Of a stretch of DNA of 64,000 bases, positions 25,960 to 37,429 are shown in pieces. Under the pieces are notes generated by a model. It searched no databases, was not told where the DNA came from, and worked only from the letters and a program-made list of their open reading frames with translations. Source of the DNA: Octopus vulgaris (Eukaryota); assembly GCA_951406725.2 (NCBI GenBank), contig OX597827.1, positions 39,246,001-39,310,000 on the forward strand, read 5' to 3'. Each line of letters opens with the position of its first letter. Position 1 is the stretch's first letter. A program made the translations under genes and the position numbers.

Positions 25960-26165
25960 TTGAAAATGCCTTGAATCTGAGTAAAATTCATCAATATTTT
26001 TCTGTAGGTTCACTAATTTTGGTAAATTTTCATTACGAATGTGGGCCCAGAAATGACCAGGGCTTGTCACAGACACAACCATCAGTTCCAGAAGATCTGT
26101 TGGAGCATCTTTGGTTAAATGGGACTGCGGAACTGTATGTTCTCCTGAATCTCTAGCAGCTGCAT
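25960..26165 (-). CDS. TDRKH: TDRKH-like coding exon 6, start of the extended Tudor domain
   Basis: tcttcaag|AT...CAA|gtaagt; ...APTDLLELMVVSVTSPGHFWAHIRNENLPKLVNLQKNIDEFYSDSRHFQ (SPxHFW motif); phase 1-0. Confidence 0.92.
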
Positions 26166-26401
26166 CTTGAAGATAGATAGATAATTGAGAGATAGAAACA
26201 TAGATAGATAGATAGATAGATAGATGGTAGGTAGATATATAGATAGTCTGATAAGCAAATAGATAATTACAAAAATGTGACACAGGGGATGACAAAGGAA
26301 CATATGGAAAAACAGGATAAATTAGACAATGGATGCATATATGTTCAATACCTCATCTGTTGTCAAGCAAATATCATCAGAATTTTGATATCCAGGTAGA
26401 T

Positions 26402-27062
26402 ATGTTTCTTTATTAGCCACACAGGGCTGAACACAGATGGGACAAATTACGAAGTAGAGCTTTTATTTTTGGGGAGGAAAAAAAAAAAAGAAGTGGGGTA
26501 GGTTTTCGACCAAAAAAAAGAAAGAAAAAAAAAACTATCAGTAGGGATCGTGTATCACAGAAATGTCATGATGTAAAGTGTAAAGGGGGAAACAGATAAG
26601 GTTTATCAGTGGAAAGAAAAGCCAACGAGAAAGACCACGGTAACTTCGGTCAATAATGTCACATGTTAACACATTTATTTGCAAGTAAGTAACTCTCTGT
26701 TTTAAATTTTTCCGGGTTCATAGGATCATGCTCAAGGTGGCTTCATCATTCATATGTGCCATCCTTGCTACATTCACCCATTTTTTTTTCAAACATTCAC
26801 TAGACAAAACTTGCCTCTCTACTCTCACTTTCCTTTTCAAGTGATACTTGAAGAAGTTGATGAGAGATTGACCAGAGAGAAAAGTGTATGTCTCTAATCC
26901 TTTTAGACGCGTCCACCAGATACATTTTTTCGCCATAGCCACAAGTATGATGAAAATAGCTCTTCCTTCCCATTTGAAGGAAGGAGGCATGGCAATATTG
27001 ACGATAGACTCGGCTGATAAACTGACTCGTCCCACACATGAAAGCAGTCGTTCGATGTCTAG
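26402..27062 (-). mobile_element. 5'-truncated LINE (L1/Tx1-like) 3' end
   Basis: ORF2 C-terminal-like AIFIILVAMAKKCIWWTRLKGL...LINFFKYHLKRKVRVERQVL...KKKWVNVARM followed by a UTR ending in aataaagaaac. Confidence 0.7.
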
Positions 27063-27360
27063 GTAGATAATAGACAAGAACATAGATATACAGTCAAATG
27101 AATGACAATTAGATAAAGTGACAAATAGATAGTTAAATAGAAATTGGTAGACAGGCAAACAGATGACAACTGAATAGATAGATAAATGAATAAATAGATA
27201 GATAGATACTGAAATGCACAGACAGATAGAAAGAGATAAACAAATAAATCGATAAATTACAGGCAGCAAGGTAGAAGACAGACAGATTGTTAATTACATA
27301 TATTAATATATTGAGGGACAAACATAGTAATAGACAGTGGACAAACAAATAGATATGTAT

Positions 27361-27595
27361 AAGGTGGCACGTAAAAAGCACCAACTGATCTTGGCTGTTG
27401 CCAGCCTTGCCTGGCACCTGTGCCGGTGGTATGTAAAAAGCACCCACTACACTCACGGAGTGGTTGGCATTAGGAAGGGCATCCAGCTGTAGAAACACTG
27501 CCAGATCAGACTGGAGCCTGGTGCAGCCTCCTAGCTTCCCAGACCCCGGTCAAACCGTTCAACCCATGCTAGCATGGAAAACGGACGTTAAATGA
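27361..27595 (-). mobile_element. Family B repeat, inverted relative to the 18271 copy
   Basis: Reverse complement closely matches 18271-18505. Confidence 0.78.
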
Positions 27596-28084
27596 TGATA
27601 ATTATGATGATGAGACTGTTAGTCAAACAGATAAAAATGCTGGCATATATATATTTGGACAGGTAGACAGACACTGATATGATGCAAAAAGTTAGCTAAA
27701 GACAAATTAATAGTAATAAAAATGTTTACATGACAACAATAAGAATAACAACAAATTTACATGAGCTCATGAGAGAGTTGCTACATAGTTGCTCAATCTG
27801 CTAGAAATAGCAACCAAATTTCCCTTAAATTACACTTTAATATCCAAGATGGGATTGCTATATAGAAAAGCTAGGTATACCCTGTTTGAATGAAAGGTAG
27901 GGTGGTCATGATTAGGCTATTATTGATTGTATTTCAGCTTAGTTATGACAGGTTAGGTCTAAAAAAAAAGAACAAGTCCTACATTGCAATTATTCACATT
28001 ATCATCCCAACCACTAACTACTACAGCACTACAGAACCACTGGTATACCACTACTGTGCCAGTATATGTTCCTATTTCAATCAT

Positions 28085-28525
28085 TACCCTCACCCACAAA
28101 GAATGGCATGTCATACCTGTGAAGATGGTGAAGAATTTGTACGCATCTCTTCCCAGGCGCATTGAAGTAATTATTCAAGCTAAGGGAAGCCACATGAAAT
28201 ATTAACAATGTACAGTAACTTCTTGAAATGAACATTATGTAAAAAATTTTCATTATAGACATTTTTCTGTTTTAAAACACTGTATCTTAATTGGTTTATA
28301 TGAGGTCACCGAAAACTTTTGCATGGCCATTTTTGGTGGTCGTCTCACATCTTCCCCTCATTCGGAATCCCTACTACAAAATATAATGGTTGGGTATGGA
28401 AACGACTCCAACAGGACAAATGCTTCATCTGTAAAAAACACAATGTGAAACATCCACTTATAAGTTGGTAATTTGTAGAAATTTACAATAGTTTAAAGTG
28501 GCCAAAGACTTTTGCATGGCACTGT
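28085..28525 (+). mobile_element. Tc1-type transposon 3' fragment
   Basis: EWHVIPVKMVKNLYASLPRRIEVIIQAKGSHMKY* (Tc1 C-terminus) and terminus gtggccaaagacttttgcatggcactg|ta. Confidence 0.82.
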
Positions 28526-28663
28526 ATTTAAAAATGGAAATGCAAATTGAATAATGTGGTGTTACTATGCTTCAACAGACTACTTGCCTTACACCGCCTA
28601 TTGTCTAACTCTGTTCCCTATCACCGCGTGAATAATCTAATAACAATAACAGAGACTACTTAC

Positions 28664-28778
28664 TTTTTGTGTGAGCCACTCTATGCATGTGGTGCGCTGC
28701 AGTGTCACTGCTACTACACTGTGACAAAGGTTCTTCATGGAATGTGAGGTTCTTGTCGACTACGTCGTTAATTAGTTT
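28664..28778 (-). CDS. TDRKH: TDRKH-like coding exon 5, end of KH2 helix and linker
   Basis: ttcctttcatttcag|AAA...A|gtaagt; KLINDVVDKNLTFHEEPLSQCSSSDTAAHHMHRVAHTK; phase 0-1, exactly what is needed to join exon 4 to exon 6. Confidence 0.88.
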
Positions 28779-30267
28779 CTGAAATGAAAGGAAAGATAGG
28801 TGATGGTTTGAAAAAGGGAAGGAGAGAGAGAGAGAGAGAGAGAATTACAGAAAAATAGATAGACAGACTGGCCCTTCTATCTTTCACCCAGCAAAACAAA
28901 TATATGACAACAGGAGAGAGAATGAGCTGCACCAGCAATTGGCTGATGCTAATCAGCGAGCTGAGTAAAATGGAGCAATGTGAAGTGCCTTGCTCAAGAA
29001 CACACTGTGCCACCTGAAAGCAAACCATATCTGCGCATGTGTGTGTGCATGTGCTTGTGTATATGTATGTGTGTGTGTATATATATATATGTAAATATGG
29101 ATATAGATATGTGTGTGTGGTTAAGAAGTTTTCTTCTCAACCATATGGTTTTGGGTTCAATCCTCCAATGTGCAACCTTGGACAAGTGTCTTCTACTATA
29201 GCCTTGGGATGACCAAAGCTTTCTGACTGGATTTGGTAGACGGAAACTGAAAGAAGCCCATCAGATATATATACATATGTATATTTATTTACATCTAGTA
29301 GATCAATAGGGTTTTACCTTGCCATTATAATTCACCAGCAAACTTTATTCGTGTAGCTGTATTTTCATGTTATCTAGGTGGCTTTGTGTAAAATATTTGT
29401 TTGCTCTATTAAGATGTGATATTCCCTTGCAGCGCTTGGTTCACATTGCCTTTTTCAATTTACATAGGGCAGGCAATGTTGGGACTATCTGATATCAAAA
29501 TGCTTCACACAGTTTTTCACTTTCCATACACATAAGAACAATGCTATGACATTTCTTTTTCTCTCTTTTCAAAAGGTGGACTTATAGTTGAAGAAACACA
29601 CTTTAAAGCTACTTTTGTATATACCAATGTGGAAGTTTCTTTTTTCAATTTCAATTATTCATCTGGCTGTTTCCTACACTTGATAATTAATTACTTTGCT
29701 TAACTATTTTGCATAATGGATGGGCCTTCATAGTCCTACAATTACATTCAACTTCCAGGATGATATTCTGACTGAATCTTCAGAGCTTGCTCATTTTTTT
29801 ATTTTGCAAGCAATTTTGGGCACAGTTATAGCTAATCTTGACATTATTCTTATCAAACAACTGAAGGTATTTGTAGCCAGCTGGGGATTGTTTTCTTATT
29901 GGGATAAAACATTTCTATCCACATTTGATTTCACATCTTTTGTTGAAGAGAGGCTTAAATCAGAGTCAACTTGGTTCAACTTGCACTTCACCACTTCCAT
30001 CTCAAAAAACAAAAACAAAAAAACACACAAATGAACAAAAAACTGAAAACAACAAACAAGGTCACTTTGAATAATGTATTCCTAGATACACTATATTTCT
30101 CTGCATGTATCTGCTTAGCCTGATAGGAATAGCATCCACCTTTCTCATATTACTGTTTTAAAAGTGAACCCTACATAAGAGAAACAATCACAGCTGGAAT
30201 GTGTTTGCTTATATATGTCTGATGGATCAGAGACAACAAAACAACACATAATGAAGATTTCACTTAC

Positions 30268-30407
30268 CTTGGCATGTTCTATTTGTTCTCTTGAACCTTC
30301 TATAGAGACAAACTGCATATGTTTTGCATCTCTATTTTCTGTTGTGTCTATGAGAACTGTAGCACCACTCACTCGGTTAATATATCGTACAGTTTGATAA
30401 TTGTTAC
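30268..30407 (-). CDS. TDRKH: TDRKH-like coding exon 4, KH2
   Basis: tattccag|GT...AAG|gtaagt; GNNYQTVRYINRVSGATVLIDTTENRDAKHMQFVSIEGSREQIEHAK; phase 1-0. Confidence 0.92.
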
Positions 30408-30948
30408 CTGGAATAGATAAAGATTCGTTAAGGTAAGTGATGATAATTGAGTGCCTTCATGTGACACATAGACTCTGAAGAATTACAATGAAGAATATCT
30501 GCACTACTCTATCATACTTAAATACAACATTGTAATTAATATTGCCAGTACACACACACATACACACTCACACACATGCATGCATACATCATTACATACA
30601 TTCATATATGCATGCATACATCTATGAAAATTTGATTTTTTATAAGTAGAATTGTGAAAAATATACAAGACTTCTCTAAAATGCAATGTGAAACTCATAA
30701 TCTGTTTAGCTATCTGAATTCAAAAGGTGGAACTTAGTTTCTTTGACTGAAATCAAGTTTTCTTTAGAGTAAGATTTGAAAGAATTAATAAGACAGACAA
30801 AATGACAGACAAAAAGATAGACACACACACACACATGCACACAGTATTTACATAAATATGTATGCATACATGCATTCATAGATACACATATATATTCATT
30901 TGCAGAGACACACATATATATGTATTTGGACTCAAAAGACAAACTTAC

Positions 30949-31150
30949 CAATAAGTGAAATAGTTGATGAACTTGGAATATACATGTCTTCTGAAGTGAC
31001 TGTTGAAATATCAGAAATGATTTGCTGGATTCTGAGTTCAGCCTGCTGGGTTGCTTCTAAGCTTCCTCGTATACATAGTGTTTGATCTTCTGTTGAGGAT
31101 GTGTCACCATCTTGTTTGAGATCTATTTGGACATTACAGCTATTTTGTAA
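30949..31150 (-). CDS. TDRKH: TDRKH-like coding exon 3, rest of KH1 and start of KH2
   Basis: tttgtttcag|TTA...G|gtaagt; LQNSCNVQIDLKQDGDTSSTEDQTLCIRGSLEATQQAELRIQQIISDISTVTSEDMYIPSSSTISLI; phase 0-1. Confidence 0.92.
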
Positions 31151-32955
31151 CTGAAACAAAGGAAACCAGAGTTGTTTTTTTTATACTTTTTAAACGAAAC
31201 TATATTAAATGAAATATAAAAAAAGTTATCTAATAATAATAATAATAATAATAATAAATGTCCTGACACAGTACCAGGCAGTGACTCTCATGGCTTCTGG
31301 TCTTAACTGATTGGAAGTGTTATGTACATTTTGTCTTAGTATAAAAAGATGGGCTACTGCAAATATTCTGTTCAATACCACAGATTTGCCTGTTAGTTGC
31401 TTGACTGTAACCAGTTGAGCATGTCCCTCGGTGGTTGATGATATGTGCATCTCTGATCACAAACAGAAGTAGTCGGGGAGCATCATAGTCATGTGTTAAG
31501 AGGAATTCTTTGAGGCTTGAATAATTCACTTCTGGAAACATGAGTGTTTCATTCAACATCCTTAAACAACCCTTATTCAGGGACTTTTTGAGCGAGATGG
31601 GCAACTCAACCTGAAGAAAATTCTAACTGGGCCTCAACTGCAAGGTCATGCACTGTTTGTCTTGATATGAGATCACCATGTTGCACAGATTTAGTTGTGA
31701 TGAATGTGCCTGGTGTACCCTTATCAGACGGGTAGTCATGATGCTATTTTGGGCTTCGTATATTTTATCCCAGTGTCACTTTGATGGCATGTGCTGCTTT
31801 CTCACACAATAATAAAAATAATGATATTTTATCTATCATTTCAAAGAAGATATATTTTTGATGATCACTAACATAAGACTGGCACTCTGTCAGTTACAAT
31901 GACGAGTGCTGCAGTTGGTCAGATGAATGGAATAGCTCGCTCATGAAATTAACATGCAAATGGCTGAGCACTCCACAGGCATGTGTACCCTTGATGTAGT
32001 CCTCAAGGAGATTCAGCATGACACAATGCGAGAAGGCTGGCCCTTTGAATTACAAGTGCTACTCATATTTGCCAGCTGAGTGGACCGGAGCAACGTGAAA
32101 TGAGGTGTCTTGCTTGGAGACATAACATGCCACCAGACCTTACAGTCTTGATTCAAATACCCTAACCATTAAGCCACATACCTTCACAGTCACTAACATA
32201 ATACGACCATTAGCACATTGACACTGATTTTACATTGATCAGAGGTTGCTGCTTGATCAGTTCTGTTGACTTTCAGAGCTATGAGCAGTCATCATTATCA
32301 TTATTTAATGTTGACTTCTCATACTGGCATGGGTTATATGGTTTGACAGGACATGGTGAATCACAGAGCTAAGTTGAGCTCCAATGTCAGCTTTGATATG
32401 GTTTCATAGCTGGATGCTCTTCCTAATGTTCTTCAAGGGTGGATGCCCTTCTTAATGCTCTTCTTAATGCCCTTCTTAATCTTACAGTGTGTACTGGGTA
32501 CTTTTATTATGCTACTGGCACAAGGGAGATCTGAATTTTCTTTCAGGAAAATAGCTGAATCCAGTAACGTAAGCCAATCAGACATTGGTCAGTTTTATAG
32601 TGTTATTACTGTTACCACTTAAACATTTTAAATAAGATAGTCAGAGGAAGAGGGACAGAGTCCACAACCTGACAAAGTCAACCACAAGCAAACTTCAAAG
32701 TCATTGTCAACCTTTTCTTTGTAAAATTAAATTTATGCTCATATTTTGGTCAGTTCATGGCTAGGTCATAGTAGGTCATGGTCAGGCAAGGTCAAGTCAA
32801 AATTAGGTAAAGGCAAAGTCAGATAAAGTTAAAGTTATTTAATGTCAAGTCAGGTAAAGTCAAAGTCAAGGCCAGGTCAAAGTCAAGTTAGGGTCAGGTT
32901 ATGGCATCAAGTTCAGTTAAAATGGTTAAATATATTGAAATATTCTAAGGCTTAC

Positions 32956-33077
32956 TCGCTGTAAACTTGATCTGTTTGTGCCAATGATGGCTGATGTGGC
33001 ATAAGAAGGAATTTGGACTTCTGTGACTGTCATGGAAGATTTTGATTTTGAGCTTTTAGAGTCTTCTTCTTCGTTAT
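32956..33077 (-). CDS. TDRKH: TDRKH-like coding exon 2, start of KH1
   Basis: gctttttcag|AT...CGA|gtaag; DNEEEDSKSSKSKSSMTVTEVQIPSYATSAIIGTNRSSLQR; phase 1-0. Confidence 0.92.
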
Positions 33078-33184
33078 CTGAAAAAGCATAAAGGACAACA
33101 TCTTAAGCACTGTAATGATAATTAGGGAACGATTTCTTTTTACTGTTTTGCTCATTTTATTCTATTTTAATTTTTTTATATAAC

Positions 33185-33216
<32 letters not shown>

Positions 33217-33972
33217 CTTTGTCCCCCCACCACTTGACAATTGGTGTTGGTGTGTTTATGTTCCCATAACTTAGCAGTTTGGCAAAAGAGACTGACAGAA
33301 TAAATAACAGGCTTAAAAAAAAAAAAAAGTACTGGAATCAGTTCATCTGATTAAAAGTTCTTCAAAGCAGTGCTCCAGCATGGCCACAATCTCATGACTG
33401 AAACAAGTAAAAGATAAAAGAATAACAGAAGAAAGAATCAAAAAGCAATCCAGAACGACCTGCTCAGAGAAGCTTGTATTTCAGATCTGTTACAAGTGTT
33501 GCAATGTGTTTCTTGGAATGACATATTTTTCTACATTGCTTCAGTCGATTTAGTTGTGGTGATGGAAATAGGTATTGGATTTTTTAAAAGGAAATGACAG
33601 CAGTCAAAAAATTTAAGCATCAAGGAATTTTATTCATTGGACCAGTGGTGTAGACATGTCCCCTCCGCCTCCTACCAGGGTCTTACTTACATTTGATACA
33701 GTGGCTGCAGGCTGGAGGAGGGCTCTGTGGCAGGCTCTGCACCAGATGGCTGTATGTGATTAAGGAAGATCTCTAGATCTCCTTGGAGGATGAAGAGAGA
33801 CTGACATCTGACCACCAGTGATGGAGGGCACTGGTGGACCTGGTCAGTTCTACACATAACGACATCTCTAGTATTGCTAACCTGGGATGACCTTAGCCCT
33901 ATCAGGCAAGAGTGGAGAGAGAGAAAGAGGGAGAGAAAGAAAGAGAGAGAGAGAGGGAGGGAGAGAAACAGG

Positions 33973-34026
<54 letters not shown>

Positions 34027-34552
34027 AGTGTGTGGTTTAGATAAGAAAAACAAATATCAAAGGAGGATTTTTGTCTTTATATAATACATATGGGGTAAAT
34101 AAGTTTGACAAAGACTATCTCTCTTTCACTAACCCATTGTTGTTTAACCCTAGGTTAGCCCTGACCAAAAAGGATTACCTACGGTCAAAATGATGACCAT
34201 CTTATTTTTTACTCAACACATTGTGATCTAAGATCACACCATCCAAAGTGTCACTTTTTTCTTTTGAAGATGGTAGAGTGAAATTTCAAGCAAAATTTGG
34301 TTTCTGTTTGTAGCAGAATGAATGACCATAAAGAGGTATCCTTGATGTCTTGTCCTTCTCTACAGCAGATGTAGAGCTTCACACAACCACTGGTGTTCTG
34401 TGTTTTATTTAACATAATGTATATTATAGGTCTACATTATCCAATACATTCACATTTTTAAGACAGTAAAGCGTGATTGGAAGAAGAAATGGTTGCTTTT
34501 TCTACTGGTTCTAGTAACTGTATAAAGGCTCTCTTAAGATCACTACTGTTGA

Positions 34553-34673
<121 letters not shown>

Positions 34674-34888
34674 GCTGTATTAAATCTCTGAGCGAGATGT
34701 AAACAGTAGCAATACAGAATCGTAATATATTATTGCCAACCAAGTGTGGCATCCTATACAGAACTGCTACTGAGGTTTATAGCCCCAGGAAGACATTGCT
34801 TCCAGCAGGCTAATGACACACATTCTGTGTCCATTAGTATACTAATCGGACACAGAATGTTGGCAAATATATATATATATTGGTTGGC

Positions 34889-34931
<43 letters not shown>

Positions 34932-35039
34932 TTTCATGTTATGAGAGAACTAATTCTAGCTATCAGAGAATGGTGTGAAGGCTGATTGTCAGATCATTTA
35001 AACTGTAATGGGCATAGACGTTTTCTCTCATTCTCCTCA

Positions 35040-35410
35040 TTCTATGAATAGGGGCATTTTCACCCAAAATATCATATTATTGAATGCCCAATTCAGGATA
35101 ACAGCATATAGGTACACTGCAACATATTTTCTTTTCCTCAACAGGCCCTGCCCTGTTTAACATTATCCTGAAAGAGATCAAAGAGGAAAAGGATCCCCTC
35201 AACTTTAAATGGAGTCTGGACAGATTTCTTCAGGTAACACCGGATAAGCCACCCATACCTGGATACAACTCACTAAACAAGAACTTACTACTAAATGGAC
35301 CATAAACAAAACTTGACTTAAACAGGATTTAGATAATCCTATCAGGTGGTGCTATTAAGTTAGACATGGCCTGGACCAATCTTTGATCGAAACTTATCTA
35401 AATTTTATCC
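35040..35410 (+). mobile_element. LINE 3' fragment (CR1/L2-like)
   Basis: Reads STGPALFNIILKEIKEEKDPLNFKWSLDRFLQVTPDKPPIPGYNSL, an ORF2 C-terminal pattern (FK..LD.FL..PD.P). Confidence 0.65.
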
Positions 35411-35981
35411 AAATTTTATATTAATCTGTCCCCAGCTGTGGCTTATTCAACCATTGTTCCCACTATATGCTTGCAGGAGAGAAATAGAGAGAGGAAATGT
35501 GTATGCATGTATGTGTTGTGACTATGTGTGTATCACAAATATAACATTGGTAACAGAAACATTGTGGATTTAACAGATAGAAATAGAAGACACACTTTAA
35601 AATATTTTAAAGGTGAGTTTATGAAGAAAGAAAATGCAGGGAAAAAAGATAAAGAACAATAGTAGTAGCAGTAAGAAGAAGAAGAAGAAGAAACAACAAC
35701 AGCAATAACAATATCAACATATATTCTATTATTTATGCTTGGTTTTTGAGAAATTTTTTTTTTTTTTCCACAACAAACCTGACAATAATTTTACGTGACA
35801 TAAAAATTAAAATTCCAATGATTGACAGAGAAATACTGACTGATGAGTGAGCGATAATAAGGTCATGCAGAAAATGAGCAGATAAATCTACGATAGTATG
35901 TATGCTGACTTAGCTATTGAATTCAAATCATTGTAACACATAGTAAATTTGTCCATCATACCATTTGGTAAATAGCATGAC

Positions 35982-36028
<47 letters not shown>

Positions 36029-36313
36029 TAATAATGATAATAATAATAATAATAATAATGATAATAATAATAATAATAATAACGATGATGAAGATGATGA
36101 TGATGATGATAATAATTCTTTCAATTTTGGTACAAGGCCAGCAATTTTAGGGGTAGGGTTAGTTAATTATATCGACCCTAGTGCTCAAAAGGTACTTATT
36201 CTATTAACTCTAGAAGGATTAAAGTTGATTTCAATGAGATTTGAAAAGTTACAAAGCTCAAAGGGCTGTAACTAAATACCAGAAGGCATTTTGACTGAAG
36301 TTCAATTTCTGCC

Positions 36314-36353
<40 letters not shown>

Positions 36354-36935
36354 GAAATGATGATGATGATGAAGATGGTAATTTCCATGTCCATGAGAAT
36401 GGTAGAAGTTGCATGTCAGAGAAATGCAGACCAAGGGAAGTGGAAACCAAGCAAGGGAGAGAGAGAGGGAACAAGCAAAATTTTGTCTGAAACAAGCAGT
36501 ATATCAAATGACTGATGATTGAAAACAAAAGGAGAGAGAAAGGGATAATATAGAAAGACATATATAAATATATATGCAAGAGGAGAAGAAGGAGGAAGAG
36601 AGATTTGTTACCTGCATGCTTACTCCATCACAAAAAAAAAAACATGCCATGCTGTCTCCATTACAATCAACCTTCTACTAAAATTGGGTAAAATTCATAA
36701 CATTTTAAGAAATCATTTGAAAAAGAGAGAAAAAAATGTAAAACTTTTCTCTCTTTTATCGAAAAGATTTACATTATATATAAGTGTGTGTGAGTGTATG
36801 TGACTGAAATAAAGAGAAAAAGAGAGAAAGACGATTTAAAAATCTCATTTTAATTTCTATTATTTTTATTATTTACTATATTTTATGTATTTAAGTTCAA
36901 TTCTTCGTGTTTGTGCATGTGTGAGTATATGTATT

Positions 36936-36992
<57 letters not shown>

Positions 36993-37057
36993 GTGTATAT
37001 ACACAAACTCACATTCATACACACAAGTTATATATCTTAATCATGGATTGCATAGTC

Positions 37058-37429
37058 CAGTGGTGCTCAACCATTTTTTTTACTTATGGATCATTTTGAT
37101 TCCAATTTTATTTGGGTGGATCCGCATAACTGTTCATTATTTAAAAAGTCTTATTATATTTTTATAATTAATGTTATTAAGAATTGTATTTTAAAAAATG
37201 TTAAAATATTTAGGAGAGTATTGTAGTTCGCTTGAAGCATTATGTATTGTTTGTAAAGAATAAAAAGATTTGAATGGTACAACAATGTACTTATAGTGCA
37301 TTGTTGTACCATTCAAAACTTTTTATTCGTTAAAATATTTGGTGTAGTTTAGAAGTATATAACCAATTTCCACTAAGAAATCTTTTATAGACTTCCAAGG
37401 GTCATATGGGCCCCAACTGAGAACCACTA
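37058..37429. mobile_element. hAT-type MITE with internal hairpin insertion
   Basis: Termini cagtggtgctcaa / tgagaaccacta; partly matching 8-bp flanks gcatagtc / aaatagac. Confidence 0.65.

Noticed and set aside
26115-26165. Apparent frameshift (HAK|MQLLEIQENIQFRSPI*) suggesting a pseudogene
   Set aside because: The 115-nt exon at 28664-28778 restores the phase; the stop appears only if that exon is skipped.
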